Assembly: GCA_036275955.1 (NCBI GenBank)
Contig: DASUCO010000070.1
Coordinates: 1 to 43,004, forward strand
From: Acidimicrobiales bacterium
Lineage (GTDB): Bacteria; Actinomycetota; Acidimicrobiia; Acidimicrobiales; CADCSY01
Direction of reading: 5' to 3'
Length of the DNA stretch: 43,004 nt
In this document: positions 38,601 to 41,600 of the stretch, one piece after another
Layout: every line of letters starts with the position of its first letter
Position numbering within the stretch: position 1 is the stretch's first letter
Notes under the pieces: generated by a model
The model's database searches: none
What the model saw: only the letters and a program-made list of their open reading frames with translations
Told to the model about the DNA's origin: nothing
Program-made: the position numbers and the translations under genes

Positions 38601-41600
38601 AGAGCTGCTCGGTCCAGTCGCCGCGGTCCGTGGGGCCGCTGCCGAGGTTGGTCACCGTGTAGCGCACCTCGACCTCGTTGCCCTCGAACGCCTGTACCGG
38701 CGCCACCACCCCGCCCATGACGAGGTCGGCGAACGGCCACGGGTTCACGTAAAGGACGTGGCGGCCGATGTTGTTGCCCTCGTTCGGCCACTCGTCGACC
38801 TGCCCGTTGTGGTCCGGCGAGACGAGGACGTAGACGTCGCCGCGGAAGCGCTTCGGAATCTGGAACACCGTCGAGCTCGACGAGTACTGGTCGCCGGCGT
38901 CGAGCGCCGAGCCGTTGACCAGCGAGCTCACCAGGATGTCGTCGGCGGTGATCTTGTCGTCGAGCGAGAGGTACACGCGGTCGGTCCAGATCGGCGCGCT
39001 GGTCGCCGCGCCGCCCTGGTTGATGACCACGAAGTCGATCGACGCGGTGCCGCCGGCGTCGACCGTGTCCGGCCCGGTGATCGAGAACACCTGCAGGTCC
39101 GGCCGCGGCAGCACGCTGAGCGCGATCTGCGCGTCGTCGACCGACTGGTTGTTGCCCTCGTCGTCGTGCTCGTAGACCTCGTCGGCGACGTCGGTGAAGA
39201 CCAGGATCTCGAAGCGGTCGCTGACCTTCTCCGGCAGCCGGATCTGCTCGCGCCGCGTGTAGCTCATGCCGGCGTCGAGCGGGCCCTGGTAGGTATAGCT
39301 GCCCACCGGCGTGCCGGCGCCGGTCTCGCCGAAGCGGCGCAGGAACACGCGGTCGGTCCACGAGCCCTCGGCGCGGCCAAGGCCGTCGTTCGTGACCGTC
39401 CAGGTCACGTCGATCGCCGCGCCTTCGGTCGCGTTCTGCGGCGCGACGATGTCGCTGACGACGAGGTCGGGCGCCGGCGCGAGGTCGATGCGGAACGGCC
39501 CGGAGACGCGCGTGTTGTCAGTGGTGTGGATGAACTCGTAGGGGCTGCCGCCGGGGTTCGACGTGCCCGGCACCTGCACCATCAGGTAGAAGGTGCCCGT
39601 CAGCCCGTCGGCAAGCTGCACGCTGCCGGTCCGCGTGTAGCTCGCATCGGGCGAGAGGAAGCCGAGGTGGCTGAAGCTGCCGAGGAAAGTCGCGCCGCTG
39701 CCGTCGGCATTCGGCGAGAGATACACGCGATCGAGCCATGACGAGGTGTTGGTGATGCCGATGCCCTCGTTCGTCACCTGCCAGCTGAATTCCAGCGTCT
39801 CGCCGGACAGCGCCACGGGCTGCGGCGTGACGAAGTCGACCACCAGGTCGGCGTACGGGATCGGGGTCACGTCGAGCACGCCCGCGAGCTGGGCGCGGTT
39901 GTTCGCCTCCTGGCCGCCCTCGAACACCGCGCCGTCGGCGTCGGGCGTGACGAACAGGTTGAAGCGCCCGTTCAACGCGGGCGGCAGCAGGAATGTCTCG
40001 CTGCGCGTGTACGACCCGTCGACCTCGAGGAAGCCGGTGTGGGTGTAGCGCGCCAGCAGCCGGTCGTCGCTGTTGCCGAAGATCGCGTCAGCCGACGCGA
40101 CGATCGAGTCGGTCCACGTCTCGGTGCGCCCTTCGCCCGTCCCCTGGTTCGTCACCGTCCAGCTCACCGTGACGCTGGCGGGATCGCCGACCACCAGCGA
40201 GGGCGCGCTGACCGCGCTCGCCACCAGGTCGGCGTACGGCGCAAGCGCCACCTCGACGAGCGTGCTCCTCAGGTTGTTTGCTTCGCCGGCGGCGAGCTCG
40301 CGCACCGCGTTGCCACCATCGAGCAGGACGATGATGCGGTATTCGCCCGAGGCGGTCAGGGGGATGTCGACCGTCGCCTCGCCGCTGTAGGTGGCGCCCG
40401 CCTCGAGCGGGCCCGCGGCGGCGAAACTGCCGAGCAGCACGTCGTCGGCGCTCACGGCGGCATCGCGCGAGAGATAGAGCCGATCGCTCCAGTTGCCGAG
40501 CGCCGGGCCGCTGCCGTCGTTGCGCACGGTCCACTGGACGAGCGCCGGCCCGCCCGATTCAATGTTCTCGTCGCCGAGAACCGCAATCGGAACGAGGTCT
40601 GGATGCCGCAGGGATAGCCGCGTGGCCGAGACACGCGTGTTGTTCGCCTCGGAGCCGTTCTCGAATACCTTCGCCTCGCTGTCGCTGCGCACGAGCACGT
40701 AGTAATCGCCATCCGCCGCATCGGGCAGCGGCGCACGCACGAGCGCGCTGTAGCTCTCTCCCGCCGCAAGCGGCGCGCCGCGAGCGAGCGAGCCGACCTG
40801 GATCGCGCCGTTCAGCGTGCCGTCGAGCGAGAGGTAGACGCGGTCGGTCCACCCGACGCTCGCCGACGCGTCGCCGGCATTGCGCACGGTGAACGTGAAG
40901 TCGCGCGTCTCACCCGGCACGCCGCCGGCGGGCACGACGATGTCGGTCACCTCGAGGTCCGGCGCCGGCGCCGGCGTGATCGTGATCTGGGCGACCGAGA
41001 CGCCGGCGTTGTTCTGCGTCAGGCCCTTCTCGTAGACCGCGCCGTTCACGTCCGACTTCACGAGGATGTGGAAGGTGCCGGTCGCCGCCGGCAGCACGAG
41101 GCTGCGCAGCACGCTGTAGCTGTCGCCGGCGGCGAGCGCCGCGCCGCGCGCGACGTCGCCCAGGAAGATGTCGTTGGCGCTGAACGTCGTGTCGGCGGAA
41201 AGCACGATGCGGTCGATCCATGCCGCGTCGGTCGGGCTGTCGCCGGCGTTGCGCACGCGCCAGGTGACGTCGATCGACTCGCCGGCGCGCGCCGCGGCGG
41301 GTCCCGCCACCGCCTCGACGGCGAGATCGGCGTAGGGCGCCGTCAGGCTGAACGCGTCGAAGCTGGCGTTGTTGCCGCGCGTGCCCGCCTCGGCCACCGC
41401 GCCGAGCGCATCGCTCAGCACGCCGATGAAGAAGCTGCCGTCCTGGCGCAGGGGCAGCAGCACGTCGAGCGTTTCGCTGTACCCCTCTCCCGGCGCGAGC
41501 CCGCCGCTGCGGGCGAAGCTGGCGAGGACGATGTCGTCCGCGTCGCCGAAGATCGTGTCGGTCGAGAGGATGATGCGGTCGGTCCACGACGACGCGGCGC

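Noticed and set aside
19657-39741. Plus-strand ORF of 6,694 aa
   Set aside because: It is in register (aligned antisense frame) with the 9,442-aa minus ORF, which has unmistakable domain content. Long antisense ORFs are expected when the sense strand uses almost only G/C-ending codons.
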